Shown here in pieces: positions 19,338 to 29,409 of a DNA stretch of 49,985 nt. The notes beneath the pieces are model-generated. The model saw only the letters and a program-made list of their open reading frames with translations. It was not told the origin of the DNA and did not search any database. The stretch lies in IMG/VR virus record IMGVR_UViG_3300022909_001078, positions 1 through 49,985 of that record. The stretch is one strand, 5' to 3'. The first letter of the stretch is position 1, and each line of letters opens with the position of its first letter. The stretch is from a virus. Taxonomy: Duplodnaviria > Caudoviricetes. Position numbers and translations under genes: made by a program.

Positions 19338-19364
19338 AAAAAAAGGCACCTAAAATTGGTGCCT
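19338..19364 (-). terminator. Rho-independent terminator
   Basis: Stem AGGCACC/GGTGCCT followed by a U-run on the minus strand, after the 655-aa gene. Confidence 0.75.
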
Positions 19365-19388
19365 CTTTTGAATTATTTTTTGTGCCAA

Positions 19389-21356
19389 TTAGCCTTGTTC
19401 GATGTCCTGTAGTTTACGCATTTGTCTTGCCACTATACTTCTTGGTGTAAGTTGATATCCTTCTTCGCCTTCATGTATGCCGTGGTTGCTCCTCGCTTTT
19501 GACCCTACGCCTGCCATTGCCTTAAGTTTTGCAATGCTTTCCGCCACTTCGTCTACTTCTTCAATTTCTTGTACTTGTTCAACTTGTGTCTCTGGTTGTG
19601 CCTCTTCTTCTACTTCTTCAATAACACTATCTTCAACTTCTATTTGTGTATGTTCTTCTGTAGGAATCTCTGCTTGTGGTCCGTAAATTTCGCTTTTTAT
19701 TATATCTAGCATTCCTTGATATGGTTCATCAAAGTTTGCAGATTCAATCCATTTTTTAATAATTGGTCTTGCATCACCTTCTGGATTTGCATCTCCTGCA
19801 TCACCTAGATCATCAAATAGTTCGTCATCACCAAACGCAAAACTTATTGCATTAGTTGCGTCTTCACCACCATCTCCTAATGGAATAGGTTGTTGCATAA
19901 TTCTTATTACTTCATTTGCAGTATCTAAGTCTGCTGGTAGTGCCCATGTGCCTTCTGAAATCATATTCATATTTTTTTCAAATGCTTCAAAAGTTACACT
20001 TTCTTTTGCTTTACCATATAAATCTTTCTTTGGTGCAGGATCTTTTCTATCTACATTTCCTTGTAAATATTTTTTAGTAATTTTTATTGCAGCTTTGTAT
20101 TGAGCTTCGTCATCATAATTTATATTTCCCAAAGCAACTGCCAATGCATCATCGGTAACATTATTTGCAAGGTATTCAATAACATTAATTACTAAATTGC
20201 GATTTTTTGCTTTAGTATCCATATCACTGTTTTTCATTACGTTAAAGTAATTTTTTAGTTCTGCTTCGTCTGTTTCGTTCTTAAATACTTCAATATTATC
20301 AGGACTATCTGATGCTGAAATAATATCACCTGCTCTACTTGCGACTACTGCATCTAATTCATCGTCGCTACGTGTTTCTGCATCTTTATCCATTTTTGCT
20401 TCCTTTTTCAACCTTAGAGCTCTACTTACTGCTGGTAAACTATCTACCATACGATCATCAAAAACTTGACGTGTAAGTTTTGTTTTTAAATCTTCTATAT
20501 CGTTCTCTTCAACCTCTATTACATTTGGTACCCAGTTTTCAAAATAATCTTCATAACCTTTTGCATTACTAATTGCTTTCAATGTATCTTTTAAGCCATA
20601 GTATCTGTCTGTAGCTGCTTCAATAACTTCTTGTGCTTCTTCAGTTACATAGTTATTTGACTTTGCACTACGGACAAATTGCTTTAATTGTTGCATTTCA
20701 TTCATTATTTCAACAATATGTAATCCACGATCATCACGAGTATGTCCTTCGTTTGATACATGTCTTGCCATTGCTCTTGCACCAGGTAAGTAGTTATTAG
20801 CAAATTTAAAGCGTTCACCTTCATTATTCTCAATGTAGATAGCACTTATATTTCTACTTCTTGCACCCAGTTTAGTTTCATCAACTGTTTTACTGTGCTG
20901 AATAATTAGTTTTGCTTTTCCTTGTTCTAGGAAACTTTTTTGGCTTGTGCCATGTAATCTGTTTTCCATAACTTCGTCCTGGTTACGTTGTGTTAAAAAT
21001 TGATAATCTTTTTTATCAAGTCTCTCTTTGGTTACATTATGTGTTTCATAGTTTAACATATTTCTTGCACTAAACTTACTAAGTTCTTTTAAGAATCCAT
21101 ACCAAGCATCTGATGTACTACTATCTGCATCCTCTACCATACTATTTGGAAAATAAACTTGAAGTTTATCTTCTTCGTTAATACTAATAGTGACTGCACC
21201 CACTGGCAAGTCTCTGTGTTTAAAGTTAAATTCAAAAAATCTTGCTTGACTTGGATCTGTAGTTACTTCACCTTCACTGTTCCCCAACTTAATGTTTGCT
21301 ACTCTACTACGTATTTTGTCAAACAGTTCTTCTGATATGTTATCTATGCTTCTCAT
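19389..21356 (-). CDS. Conserved-looking acidic phage protein (possibly head-associated)
   Basis: 655-aa ORF directly after terminase, with its own late promoter and Glu-rich segments; no recognised motif. Confidence 0.6.
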   Translation of the reverse strand: MRSIDNISEELFDKIRSRVANIKLGNSEGEVTTDPSQARFFEFNFKHRDLPVGAVTISINEEDKLQVYFPNSMVEDADSSTSDAWYGFLKELSKFSARNMLNYETHNVTKERLDKKDYQFLTQRNQDEVMENRLHGTSQKSFLEQGKAKLIIQHSKTVDETKLGARSRNISAIYIENNEGERFKFANNYLPGARAMARHVSNEGHTRDDRGLHIVEIMNEMQQLKQFVRSAKSNNYVTEEAQEVIEAATDRYYGLKDTLKAISNAKGYEDYFENWVPNVIEVEENDIEDLKTKLTRQVFDDRMVDSLPAVSRALRLKKEAKMDKDAETRSDDELDAVVASRAGDIISASDSPDNIEVFKNETDEAELKNYFNVMKNSDMDTKAKNRNLVINVIEYLANNVTDDALAVALGNINYDDEAQYKAAIKITKKYLQGNVDRKDPAPKKDLYGKAKESVTFEAFEKNMNMISEGTWALPADLDTANEVIRIMQQPIPLGDGGEDATNAISFAFGDDELFDDLGDAGDANPEGDARPIIKKWIESANFDEPYQGMLDIIKSEIYGPQAEIPTEEHTQIEVEDSVIEEVEEEAQPETQVEQVQEIEEVDEVAESIAKLKAMAGVGSKARSNHGIHEGEEGYQLTPRSIVARQMRKLQDIEQG

Positions 21357-21369
21357 GTACGTATTTATC

Positions 21370-22935
21370 CTAAATCATAATAAAAGGCATAGGCTCTTGG
21401 TCGAACTCGTCTCCATCTCTTATGTAAGTTTCTAACTCTGGATGATAGTTTTTAAGTGTCTGCGCCATACGCATAACAAGAAGTGTACTCATAACTAAGT
21501 CATCTGTATCACCTGCTTTGGCTTTAAAACTATTGCCAGCCGCAATAAAACTTTTCATTTCGCTTACTAGCATTTTACTATTAACTTTAACTTTATCTGT
21601 TTCTATTAAGGTTTTGAATTTACTACATATACTAATCTTACTACGATGCGTAGTATTATATCCTCTACGATACAGTCTACTATTGCCATGAACTTTTGGT
21701 TCGCTTAAAAATATACCAGGTATGTTCTCTTCACCTATTTCTGCTACACTCTGGAGAGCTGCCTCGCCTATAGTATTATTTTCCATACTATAGTATATGT
21801 TCATATTATCAACGCCTTCGTCTAGTAAGTATTTGCAAATATCTACCAGTATACGTATTTGTTGTGGTATAGGTGTTTTATTATGACTCCACTCACCTAT
21901 TTGTTCCATACTAGGTATTTCAAATATTTGTATAGCAGCAGGGTCTCCACCGGTTCCTAAACTAGGGTCTAATCCTACTAAGTATGTCATTTGTGGATTA
22001 GGCTTTTTCCACCAACGAACTGTACCATGTTTAAATGCAGGTTCTTTGCCTCGTAAATTTGTAAGTACTAAACTATCTATAAGTGTTTCATCATATATGA
22101 TAAATTCACATTCATGTTCACGTCTAAAACGTTCTTCACCTATACGACCTAGTTCAGCTTCTTTCCATGCTTCATCTCTGTCAGGATGCTCCCACCAGTA
22201 ACTTTGATAACTTTTAAATCCATTTACACCCAAGTCAGTTTCATTACCATTACTGTCAAATGTTTTATTTGCATCACGCCATATCTGTGCAAATTGGTCT
22301 TCGTCACTATTAGGTGTACTAGTAATAATAGCAGCTCCACCAGTTGCTAGTGTAGGTGAAATACTTGTCCAAAATTCTTTTGCAATACTGGGTCTAACAA
22401 ACGCAAACTCATCGCAGTATAGTAATGTTATACTCATACCTCGTCCTGTGTTGTCTGTGGTTGCTTGTGCTATAATTCTACTACCATTGTCAAAGTCAAT
22501 ACTACCTTTGTTGTAACTTGTTACACCTGCACGTATATGATCTGGACATAGTTCATATGCGTAGCGTATACGTTGCATAATTTCCTGAGCACCAGCGTAT
22601 TTGTGTGCAGCAATTAATATAACACTATCTGGTACAAACATTGCATACCATAACAAATAACCAGCTGCAGTTGTACTTTTACCAGTTTGTCTTGGTAGCA
22701 TATTGATGTTAAACCTGTAATTATGATATACATCAAGAAGTTTGTGTTGGTACTCATATGCTTTGTATTGCATACGTCCCTGTGTAGGATGTTGGATATT
22801 AAAATGGTTGTTCATAAAATAAAACACACCTGTCTTAGGATCAGCACACTTTGCAAACTCGGTGAGTTGTTCGTCAGTGTACTTCTCTTTTTTATAGGCC
22901 TTTTTAGTTAGTACGCCGTCTAGTGATTTAGCCAT
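21370..22935 (-). CDS. terL: Terminase large subunit (gp17-like)
   Basis: PRQTGKST Walker A, LLYCDEFAF Walker B, ITSTPN, GLDPS and DDLV nuclease motifs. Confidence 0.95.
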   Translation of the reverse strand: MAKSLDGVLTKKAYKKEKYTDEQLTEFAKCADPKTGVFYFMNNHFNIQHPTQGRMQYKAYEYQHKLLDVYHNYRFNINMLPRQTGKSTTAAGYLLWYAMFVPDSVILIAAHKYAGAQEIMQRIRYAYELCPDHIRAGVTSYNKGSIDFDNGSRIIAQATTDNTGRGMSITLLYCDEFAFVRPSIAKEFWTSISPTLATGGAAIITSTPNSDEDQFAQIWRDANKTFDSNGNETDLGVNGFKSYQSYWWEHPDRDEAWKEAELGRIGEERFRREHECEFIIYDETLIDSLVLTNLRGKEPAFKHGTVRWWKKPNPQMTYLVGLDPSLGTGGDPAAIQIFEIPSMEQIGEWSHNKTPIPQQIRILVDICKYLLDEGVDNMNIYYSMENNTIGEAALQSVAEIGEENIPGIFLSEPKVHGNSRLYRRGYNTTHRSKISICSKFKTLIETDKVKVNSKMLVSEMKSFIAAGNSFKAKAGDTDDLVMSTLLVMRMAQTLKNYHPELETYIRDGDEFDQEPMPFIMI

Positions 22936-23345
22936 GATACATCCTTAAAATGTGTTCTTGCGGGTCTTGTACTTATGCGTATTATTTTTACAACTATTTC
23001 AAAGTTGTCTGCAATATCTTCAAACATACGCATTCTTAATTGCTTACCTGCATTTCCATAACTACTTTTACCAATAGTAGTAATGTGTATTTTATCGCCA
23101 TACTTAGGAAAGACTCCTCGCACAAATAAACACGTGTCTGCTAAGTCTTTGCTAGGCATAGTGCCTCTCATATATGCTTCCGTAAATGTAGGATTGGGCA
23201 GGAAGTCAGGTTCGTCTATAAACGATCCTAGCAGAATAGCCACATATGCTTCAATATCTTCTGGTAAAGTATAACCTTCTTGTCTGCTAGTTTCTATTAA
23301 ACATTCACGAAAAGCCGATACATACTCGTCCTTAATATATTTCAT
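22920..23345 (-). CDS. Hypothetical protein
   Basis: 141 aa, coupled to terL; KDLADTCLFVRGVFP motif. Confidence 0.6.
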   Translation of the reverse strand: MKYIKDEYVSAFRECLIETSRQEGYTLPEDIEAYVAILLGSFIDEPDFLPNPTFTEAYMRGTMPSKDLADTCLFVRGVFPKYGDKIHITTIGKSSYGNAGKQLRMRMFEDIADNFEIVVKIIRISTRPARTHFKDVSWLNH

Positions 23346-23360
23346 ATAAATATTTATATG
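23343..23360. promoter_or_regulatory. Perfect 18-bp palindrome acting as a bidirectional late promoter with both start codons
   Basis: CATATAAATATTTATATG; TATAAATA on each strand followed by 5 nt and then ATG. Confidence 0.75.
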
Positions 23361-23903
23361 TCCGACACTCTATTACTTAACACAAGTGGTCAACCAATCA
23401 CTAACTTTCCTGTTAGTGTTATTGATTATAAACGTGCAATCAAGTTATATTTTTTAGAAAAAGTAACTGTACTTGACTGGTATGAAGACTGGGATATAAG
23501 CAGTCCTAGTTTTAGTATGAAAGTTCCTGCTACGATAATGACTAAAAAATATTACAAAGGCACTAGTAAAATTAGTTTTAGTAGATTCAATGTGCATTTG
23601 CGTGATGAATTTAAATGTCAGTATTGTGGTACACAAGAGCAGTATAGTGAACTTACTATGGATCATGTAAAGCCTAGATCACACGGTGGTAAGGCTACAT
23701 GGGAAAATATAGTAACATGTTGTAAGCCGTGTAATACAAAAAAGAGTGATAGCGTATGGAAACCCAGGCGCAAACCACATGAACCTAATAGTTATCAGTT
23801 AGCGGCTCTTAGGAGCCGTTTGCCATTTTATGTGAAACATAAAAGTTGGCTAGATTATATAGACAATGGTGTAATCAATGAAACTCTATCAATACGGGTG
23901 TAG
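23358..23903 (+). CDS. HNH endonuclease (McrA/HNH_5-like)
   Basis: RDEFKCQYCG..LTMDHVKPRSHGG..WENIVTCCKPCNTKK. Confidence 0.9.
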   Translation: MSDTLLLNTSGQPITNFPVSVIDYKRAIKLYFLEKVTVLDWYEDWDISSPSFSMKVPATIMTKKYYKGTSKISFSRFNVHLRDEFKCQYCGTQEQYSELTMDHVKPRSHGGKATWENIVTCCKPCNTKKSDSVWKPRRKPHEPNSYQLAALRSRLPFYVKHKSWLDYIDNGVINETLSIRV

Positions 23904-24429
23904 TGTAAGTCTAGGTGAAGAAGCAACTACATGTTATGGTAAACTAATAGCAGAACAATACGGTTATGAATTTATACAACACAGTGAAAGCAGTGCTAGT
24001 AACCCACACATTGCACTAAAGTTTTGCGAAACTTACAGTAATATTACATCACAAGATTTTGTAATATTTGGCTGGAGTCATCCTAATCGTAGCAGTTGGT
24101 ATAACAAATACGAAAATAAATGGGAACATCTAAATTATATTCAACAGAAAAAACCAGGCAGTATAAACACTGCTAGTGTAAAAGATTATGTATTACATCA
24201 AAACAGTAATTACATACAGGAACTACACGATTGGTATCCTAAACATATAGTTGAAACTACTTGTAAGTTAAACAATTTACGTTTTATGCATGTGGATTGT
24301 GTGCCAGGTATGGTTGATATATTAATGGAAAATAAGTCAAAATATATAGCGGATCATTTACATCCTAATGATGAGGGACACCGCTATATATACAATTTAT
24401 TACAAGACGAACTTAGTCGTCTGATTTAA
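23878..24429 (+). CDS. SGNH/GDSL-like hypothetical protein
   Basis: YGCSVSLG at the N-terminus and DHLHPNDEGH at the C-terminus. Confidence 0.6.
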   Translation: MKLYQYGCSVSLGEEATTCYGKLIAEQYGYEFIQHSESSASNPHIALKFCETYSNITSQDFVIFGWSHPNRSSWYNKYENKWEHLNYIQQKKPGSINTASVKDYVLHQNSNYIQELHDWYPKHIVETTCKLNNLRFMHVDCVPGMVDILMENKSKYIADHLHPNDEGHRYIYNLLQDELSRLI

Positions 24430-25216
24430 TTTCTTCTGCTTCTAAGAAGTCTTTATAACTTTTGTAAAGTTTATCCTCTACGCTTTCTTCAATTTCACGT
24501 GGCTCTTGATCCATTGGGTTGTCACCAGGTGCACTTGCAGGATATTGCTTCTTAGGTCTGTTGAGTCCACCACTTAGTCCAATTAACTGATCTTCTGTGT
24601 CACTGTACTCTTCTTCAGGCTCATTTGCGTATTCTTCAATTTTGTCTGCATAGTTTTCATAACCTGCTAATTGTAGTATATCAGCTAGTTCTTGAACTGG
24701 AACACTTACCATTGCATCATCTTCACAACCACAGTCTTCTTCCATTTCAATATCATTTTCTTGAACCTTTGATTCTAAAACTCCACCTTCTAAATCATAA
24801 GCAACATCATTTAATTCATCCATTATTTGATTGAATGTGGTCATATCTACCTTGCTTGCAATTACATCTAAGTCACCATCATATTCGGTAAACAAGTTAT
24901 TAAAAGTAGGAGCATTATCATCTAGATACTCAAGAGCAGCATCACCATATTCGCCTACAAAATTATATACTTGATCATATCCCTTTTGTAATAGTTCAGA
25001 TGTTAATGGTGCTTTTTTTGCTTCATTCATTCTGTCTTCAATTTCTTGTCTAATCTCATCGTAGTTTTGACCTGGATACTTTTTCTCAAACTCTTCTTTA
25101 CCCATGCCTTCTTCTACGTCTTGGATCATATCTTTGACTGCGCCTTCTTCAACTGGTTGCTCTTGCTCCAATGAGATTATTTTATCTAAGTATTCTCTCA
25201 TATTGTCCATATTCAT
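24413..25216 (-). CDS. Acidic hypothetical protein, candidate head internal/core protein
   Basis: Very Glu/Asp-rich; start at 25216 after SD AAGGA. Confidence 0.55.
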   Translation of the reverse strand: MNMDNMREYLDKIISLEQEQPVEEGAVKDMIQDVEEGMGKEEFEKKYPGQNYDEIRQEIEDRMNEAKKAPLTSELLQKGYDQVYNFVGEYGDAALEYLDDNAPTFNNLFTEYDGDLDVIASKVDMTTFNQIMDELNDVAYDLEGGVLESKVQENDIEMEEDCGCEDDAMVSVPVQELADILQLAGYENYADKIEEYANEPEEEYSDTEDQLIGLSGGLNRPKKQYPASAPGDNPMDQEPREIEESVEDKLYKSYKDFLEAEEIKSDD

Positions 25217-25226
25217 TTTACTTTCC

Positions 25227-26207
25227 TTATGTGTTTGCACCAGTGATGCGTTTAATCATGTTTCTATTTGCTACTTTTGTAGTATTATCACTTTTTGGTT
25301 GAGCAAGTTTAAGTGGATCTGCATTACCTTTTTTATCTGAGCCTTTAAATATGTCTCCAAAAGAATTTGCAATTCGATTTATAAAATCATCGCCAACTTT
25401 TTTCTCAGGTTGCTTTGGGCCTTGAGCCATACTATAGTTGCCCTGTGCATCTTTTTTATACATGTTAGGTGCCATAGGTAAACCTGTAAATCTATTTTTA
25501 TTACCAGGTCCACGTAGTTTATCAATGTCTTTATAAGGTGCTGAAGGATTTACTTTGCCTATTGTATCTGGCATATCTAATTCAGGACCTGTAGCAAATC
25601 TTTTATCTGGGCCACCGCTCTTTGGTGTTGTCTTAGGTCTAGCAATTGGTGTTGCACCTGGTTGTCCAAATTGTTTCATTGCAGCTCTTGTCTGTGGACC
25701 CATTATACCATCTGCATCTATTTTAGCACCTTTTGATATTAAATATTTTTGTATAGCTAGTGTTCTGTCATAATTTTTTGTATTAGCGGCAGTTGCTTTT
25801 ACTTTGCCTTTTTTCATTGGCGTTTTAGATATAGTAGATCCTTGTGAAATATCACTGTCTTTAGCCGCTGGTGCTTTTGCAATTGTAGATCCTTGTGAAA
25901 CATCAGGTTCTTTTCCAATACGTTTAGGAAATATTTTTTCACCTTTTTTACTAACTTTGTTGCCTAAATTATTAAGAAAGTCTATGAACGGTCTAGCACT
26001 AGGATTTGTTTTACTAACTCTTTTAGGAAGTTGGTAGTCTTGTGGTACCAGGCCTCTTTTCTTCAAACGGTCTAACTGTAATTTAGTTGGTGTAATATTT
26101 GTACCAGTATAATAACCTGTTTCTAAATCAATCTTTTCATTAACAGTAGATTCCTCTTCTGCTATAATATCTTTTAAAGAATCTATTGCTTTATATAAGT
26201 CATTCAT
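25227..26207 (-). CDS. Basic protein with peptidoglycan-binding domain
   Basis: TLAIQKYLISKGAKIDADGIMGPQTRAAMKQF resembles PG_binding_1; short internal repeat D(V/I)SQGSTI. Confidence 0.65.
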   Translation of the reverse strand: MNDLYKAIDSLKDIIAEEESTVNEKIDLETGYYTGTNITPTKLQLDRLKKRGLVPQDYQLPKRVSKTNPSARPFIDFLNNLGNKVSKKGEKIFPKRIGKEPDVSQGSTIAKAPAAKDSDISQGSTISKTPMKKGKVKATAANTKNYDRTLAIQKYLISKGAKIDADGIMGPQTRAAMKQFGQPGATPIARPKTTPKSGGPDKRFATGPELDMPDTIGKVNPSAPYKDIDKLRGPGNKNRFTGLPMAPNMYKKDAQGNYSMAQGPKQPEKKVGDDFINRIANSFGDIFKGSDKKGNADPLKLAQPKSDNTTKVANRNMIKRITGANT

Positions 26208-26710
26208 TACTTTGCCTTTTCAAACTCATATTTACGGGTTTCTAATCCTTTTAGCATATTTTCATTATACTTGTCACCAAAACTATCTTCTGCTTTAACA
26301 TCTTTTGCATCTTTGTAATCTGGATCATCTAGTTTTGCACTATACTCGTCACCTTCTTCTTTTATTGCTTCTTCACGAGCAATCTCTTCTGGATGATCAC
26401 TGTTAATAACAACTAAGTGACTTGCTGGCACGCCAACTGTTTGAGTAATATATTCATATAGTTGATGAGCAGTTACTGGATATTTAAGTTCTGCGTCCAT
26501 TATAAACACTTCAGCGTTGTTTAATGTTTGGAAATCCATTGGGTGTTCTTGTATAGGTGTCTTTTTAGGTTTACTAATACTTGCAACTTCATATTTTTCT
26601 AATGCAGTTTCAAGTGCATTCATTATTTCATCATCGCCTTTTTCGGCCATCTTAATGCGAAACTTATAAGTTTGTTCACTTTCTACAAGGTAACTTTTAA
26701 AACTTTTCAT
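26207..26710 (-). CDS. Hypothetical virion protein with capsid-targeting-like N-terminus
   Basis: N-terminus MKSFKSYLVE; late promoter 26735-40 plus SD. Confidence 0.55.
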   Translation of the reverse strand: MKSFKSYLVESEQTYKFRIKMAEKGDDEIMNALETALEKYEVASISKPKKTPIQEHPMDFQTLNNAEVFIMDAELKYPVTAHQLYEYITQTVGVPASHLVVINSDHPEEIAREEAIKEEGDEYSAKLDDPDYKDAKDVKAEDSFGDKYNENMLKGLETRKYEFEKAK

Positions 26711-26737
26711 CTTTATGATCCTTTTATATGTATGTAT

Positions 26738-27253
26738 TTATTCCTTTTTGTGTGTATTACGTCCTAATATTTCCTGTAATAATTGTGTACGATCTATTGC
26801 ATGTCCTTGTCCATCCTCTAAATCGTCACCATTGTCTCTTGCTTGTTTAGCAAGTTTTGCATCTAATGTTGCTTTCTTAATTTGCAAATCCACCATACGC
26901 AGTTTTTTATTAACTTTGTGTTGTTTTGCACTTAATGCAGTATCCAACATACGACTTGCATTGTTAAATATTTCTCCACTAAAACGTGCCTCTACATTCA
27001 TACCCAAGTCCATGAGATCCTTAAATGTATCTTTTGCTAAGTCTGCAATGTCATCCATTTCTTTATCACTAGAGTCAAGCTCTCGTACACTAGGTAAAGC
27101 AGCATCTATTTTATCTACATTTGCCATAGCAGTTTGTAATTCAGGAATATCGTCTGCAGTTACAGTGTCTACAGTCTTTTCACTTTCTTCTTTAGACAAA
27201 GGCATTTCTTCGCTAACTTCAACATTAAAAAGTTCTTCTAGTTTTTTTGTCAT
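26738..27253 (-). CDS. Putative terminase small subunit (gp16-like)
   Basis: Helical core DLAKDTFKDLMDLG..ARFSGEIFNNASRMLDTAL resembles the gp16 pattern; late promoter 27283-88. Confidence 0.5.
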   Translation of the reverse strand: MTKKLEELFNVEVSEEMPLSKEESEKTVDTVTADDIPELQTAMANVDKIDAALPSVRELDSSDKEMDDIADLAKDTFKDLMDLGMNVEARFSGEIFNNASRMLDTALSAKQHKVNKKLRMVDLQIKKATLDAKLAKQARDNGDDLEDGQGHAIDRTQLLQEILGRNTHKKE

Positions 27254-27288
27254 GTGGGTTCCTAGTTATTAATACTAGTACTTATTTA

Positions 27289-27729
27289 CTAACGTTTGCC
27301 GTTGTGAAAAATATCTTCTTCAGTTACAACTCTAAAGCGTAGACCTTTATGCTTTGCCCATTTTGCAGCAGCTTCCCACTTTGCATGGTTAATAGCAATT
27401 GCAAGTTTTTCTTGTTTACGAGTTTTTTCTGTAAGTATTGTTTGTGATTTAGGTTTTACTTCTATAAGCTCAGCATGTTTTTTACCATTCTTATCTTGAT
27501 ACATTACAACAAAGTCAGGTACATAAACTGTACCTTTTCCTGTTAGTGGATTACGATAAGGTATTTGTATTGCTTCACTTGCCCAATTTACAACGCTTGG
27601 ATGATTATCACAAAAACGCATAAATGCATGTTCCCATCCACTTCTGTATCTTGGAGATTTATTTCCACTATACTTTTGTGGATTTTTCATTTCATATATG
27701 CCGTTTGCAAATTTATTACGGCTAAACAT
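27289..27729 (-). CDS. 4: Head completion nuclease (gp4/TnsA-like)
   Basis: NPQKY, YRSGWE..FM..CD, WASE..IPY, YVPDF, IEVKP and NHAKWEAA. Confidence 0.9.
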   Translation of the reverse strand: MFSRNKFANGIYEMKNPQKYSGNKSPRYRSGWEHAFMRFCDNHPSVVNWASEAIQIPYRNPLTGKGTVYVPDFVVMYQDKNGKKHAELIEVKPKSQTILTEKTRKQEKLAIAINHAKWEAAAKWAKHKGLRFRVVTEEDIFHNGKR

Positions 27730-27730
27730 T

Positions 27731-28102
27731 TTAAGCCTCTATTTGTCTGGCTATGTTTTCATTGGGAGTAATATTTTGTTCGTAACCTAATAAACTAGAA
27801 CTGCGTCTACTTAAATTTAAAAAGGTAGGAACTGCACTTTTTAAATCAGCAACACCTTCAAATTGTTGTATAATATCTAAAATGTTTACATTAAGTTCGT
27901 TGGCAGCTTCTATTGTAGCAGCAGTTAGTGCTGCTGCAGCGTCAGTATTTGCAGTTCTTGCTACAAAAAAACTTTTTGCAGCTTCATATTCCATATCGGT
28001 CATACTAATTTGATTTGTAAAATAGTTTGTAAAATAATCCTGTACTCTTTGGTCAAAATTATCTGCAGGTTGTACTAGAGGTAAATTTGTATCCTGTGCC
28101 AT
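27731..28102 (-). CDS. Hypothetical structural-region protein
   Basis: 123-aa ORF tightly packed in the tail operon. Confidence 0.6.
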   Translation of the reverse strand: MAQDTNLPLVQPADNFDQRVQDYFTNYFTNQISMTDMEYEAAKSFFVARTANTDAAAALTAATIEAANELNVNILDIIQQFEGVADLKSAVPTFLNLSRRSSSLLGYEQNITPNENIARQIEA

Positions 28103-28103
28103 A

Positions 28104-29393
28104 TTATGTTCCTGCGTCTACTAATTTGCTTAAAGGTTTACTTACAATACTACTTTTTTCACCTACAGTTCTCATATCACTAATTTTAGCTGCATTGGAT
28201 TTTGTGCCTGCTCTTGGAACTTGATTTGCAAAACCTATATCATATGTGCTAGAATTTATAATGTTACTTCTATATGTTTGAATATTTTGTCCTTCAGAAA
28301 ATACTATACCATTTGTAGGCACTATATCACTATTATTAGGTCTTGTACTAGTTGTATTTTCGCCTTTAAAAAAATCTATTATTCCATTCTCAATTCTCCC
28401 CACACGGTCATTAACAAGTTTTTCTGCTGCACCAGTTACTGGTACTAATATATTACTACTAGGCTTTTTGCCAGTTAATAGATTGTTAGCAAAAATACCA
28501 ATAGTGTCCTGTATGACATTTTGGGTATTAAGACGTGATTGATTAAAGATTATATCTGCATCTGTAATTGTCCCAATTACATTTCCCTGAAATAAATCTT
28601 TAGGACGTTCACCTGTTGTTGTTCTAATAGAACCATCTATAAATGCGTTATCTTCTCCAATAGCTGCATTATCTGCACTTAAATCACTTACCTCTACATC
28701 ATAATGTATATCACCAAACCCACGTGGCGTAATATTATTGACAAAACCTGTAGCATACTTAACCGTTTCATATGCTATTTGCATTGTGTTTTCCATTAAC
28801 CCGCCGTTAGCATAAGCATGTTGATCATGACTAAAAGCAGTAATTATAGGATTTACAAGAGTATACTCACCAAATTTATGATTGTGCATACTATAGATTT
28901 TTATGTTTTTAAAAAATCTTTTATTACCTCTTTGTAATCCCCATTGTTGTTGGGTTCTGTTTGCGTACTTATCTGAAGTTGTATAACTGTTTCCATCTAA
29001 ATCATAAGTAGGATCTGCATTATAATATATGTAATATTTGTGCCATAAGTTTCTTATATTTTCTTTTGCATCATCATGAAATCGTATTGTCACTGGCTGA
29101 TATTGAAAACTATGATGACTTTGTGTTTTTCTATTGTATTGATTATGGGTTTGCACATCTAGTGTATAAGAAGGCAAGTCTGCACTTTTAACAAGAATTG
29201 GAATTTCTAACTGTTGTATGGTATCAAATAATGTAGCAGCATCTGAGGTAAACTCAAATACAACATGGAATAAGTTACTGTATTTTGGTTGTAACTCATA
29301 GTTATTGTCTACGAAAGTTTTTGATGCGTGTTTATAATCTCTAACCGTCTTGTCAGAGGTCATTCCATTTAAAAGTGGATTAACACTAGCCAT
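28104..29393 (-). CDS. Tail tube-like protein (gp19/gp54 paralogue)
   Basis: LVKSADLPSY..YQPVTIRFHDD..YTLVNPII..MQIAYE tube-fold pattern. Confidence 0.65.
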   Translation of the reverse strand: MASVNPLLNGMTSDKTVRDYKHASKTFVDNNYELQPKYSNLFHVVFEFTSDAATLFDTIQQLEIPILVKSADLPSYTLDVQTHNQYNRKTQSHHSFQYQPVTIRFHDDAKENIRNLWHKYYIYYNADPTYDLDGNSYTTSDKYANRTQQQWGLQRGNKRFFKNIKIYSMHNHKFGEYTLVNPIITAFSHDQHAYANGGLMENTMQIAYETVKYATGFVNNITPRGFGDIHYDVEVSDLSADNAAIGEDNAFIDGSIRTTTGERPKDLFQGNVIGTITDADIIFNQSRLNTQNVIQDTIGIFANNLLTGKKPSSNILVPVTGAAEKLVNDRVGRIENGIIDFFKGENTTSTRPNNSDIVPTNGIVFSEGQNIQTYRSNIINSSTYDIGFANQVPRAGTKSNAAKISDMRTVGEKSSIVSKPLSKLVDAGT

Positions 29394-29409
29394 GTATAAC
29401 TAACTCCTA

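Noticed and set aside
19344-19364. AGGCAC in the hairpin at 19344-64 as a further copy of the gp32/uvsX motif
   Set aside because: Fully explained as a terminator stem with U-tract, and not adjacent to an SD
21370-22935. Intron or intein in terminase, given the adjacent HNH gene
   Set aside because: TerL is continuous, of normal length and has all motifs; the HNH gene is free-standing and divergent
25834-25900. 16-nt direct repeat GTAGATCCTTGTGAAA, 51 nt apart
   Set aside because: Only two copies, in frame, encoding the SQGST peptide repeat; not an array or att site
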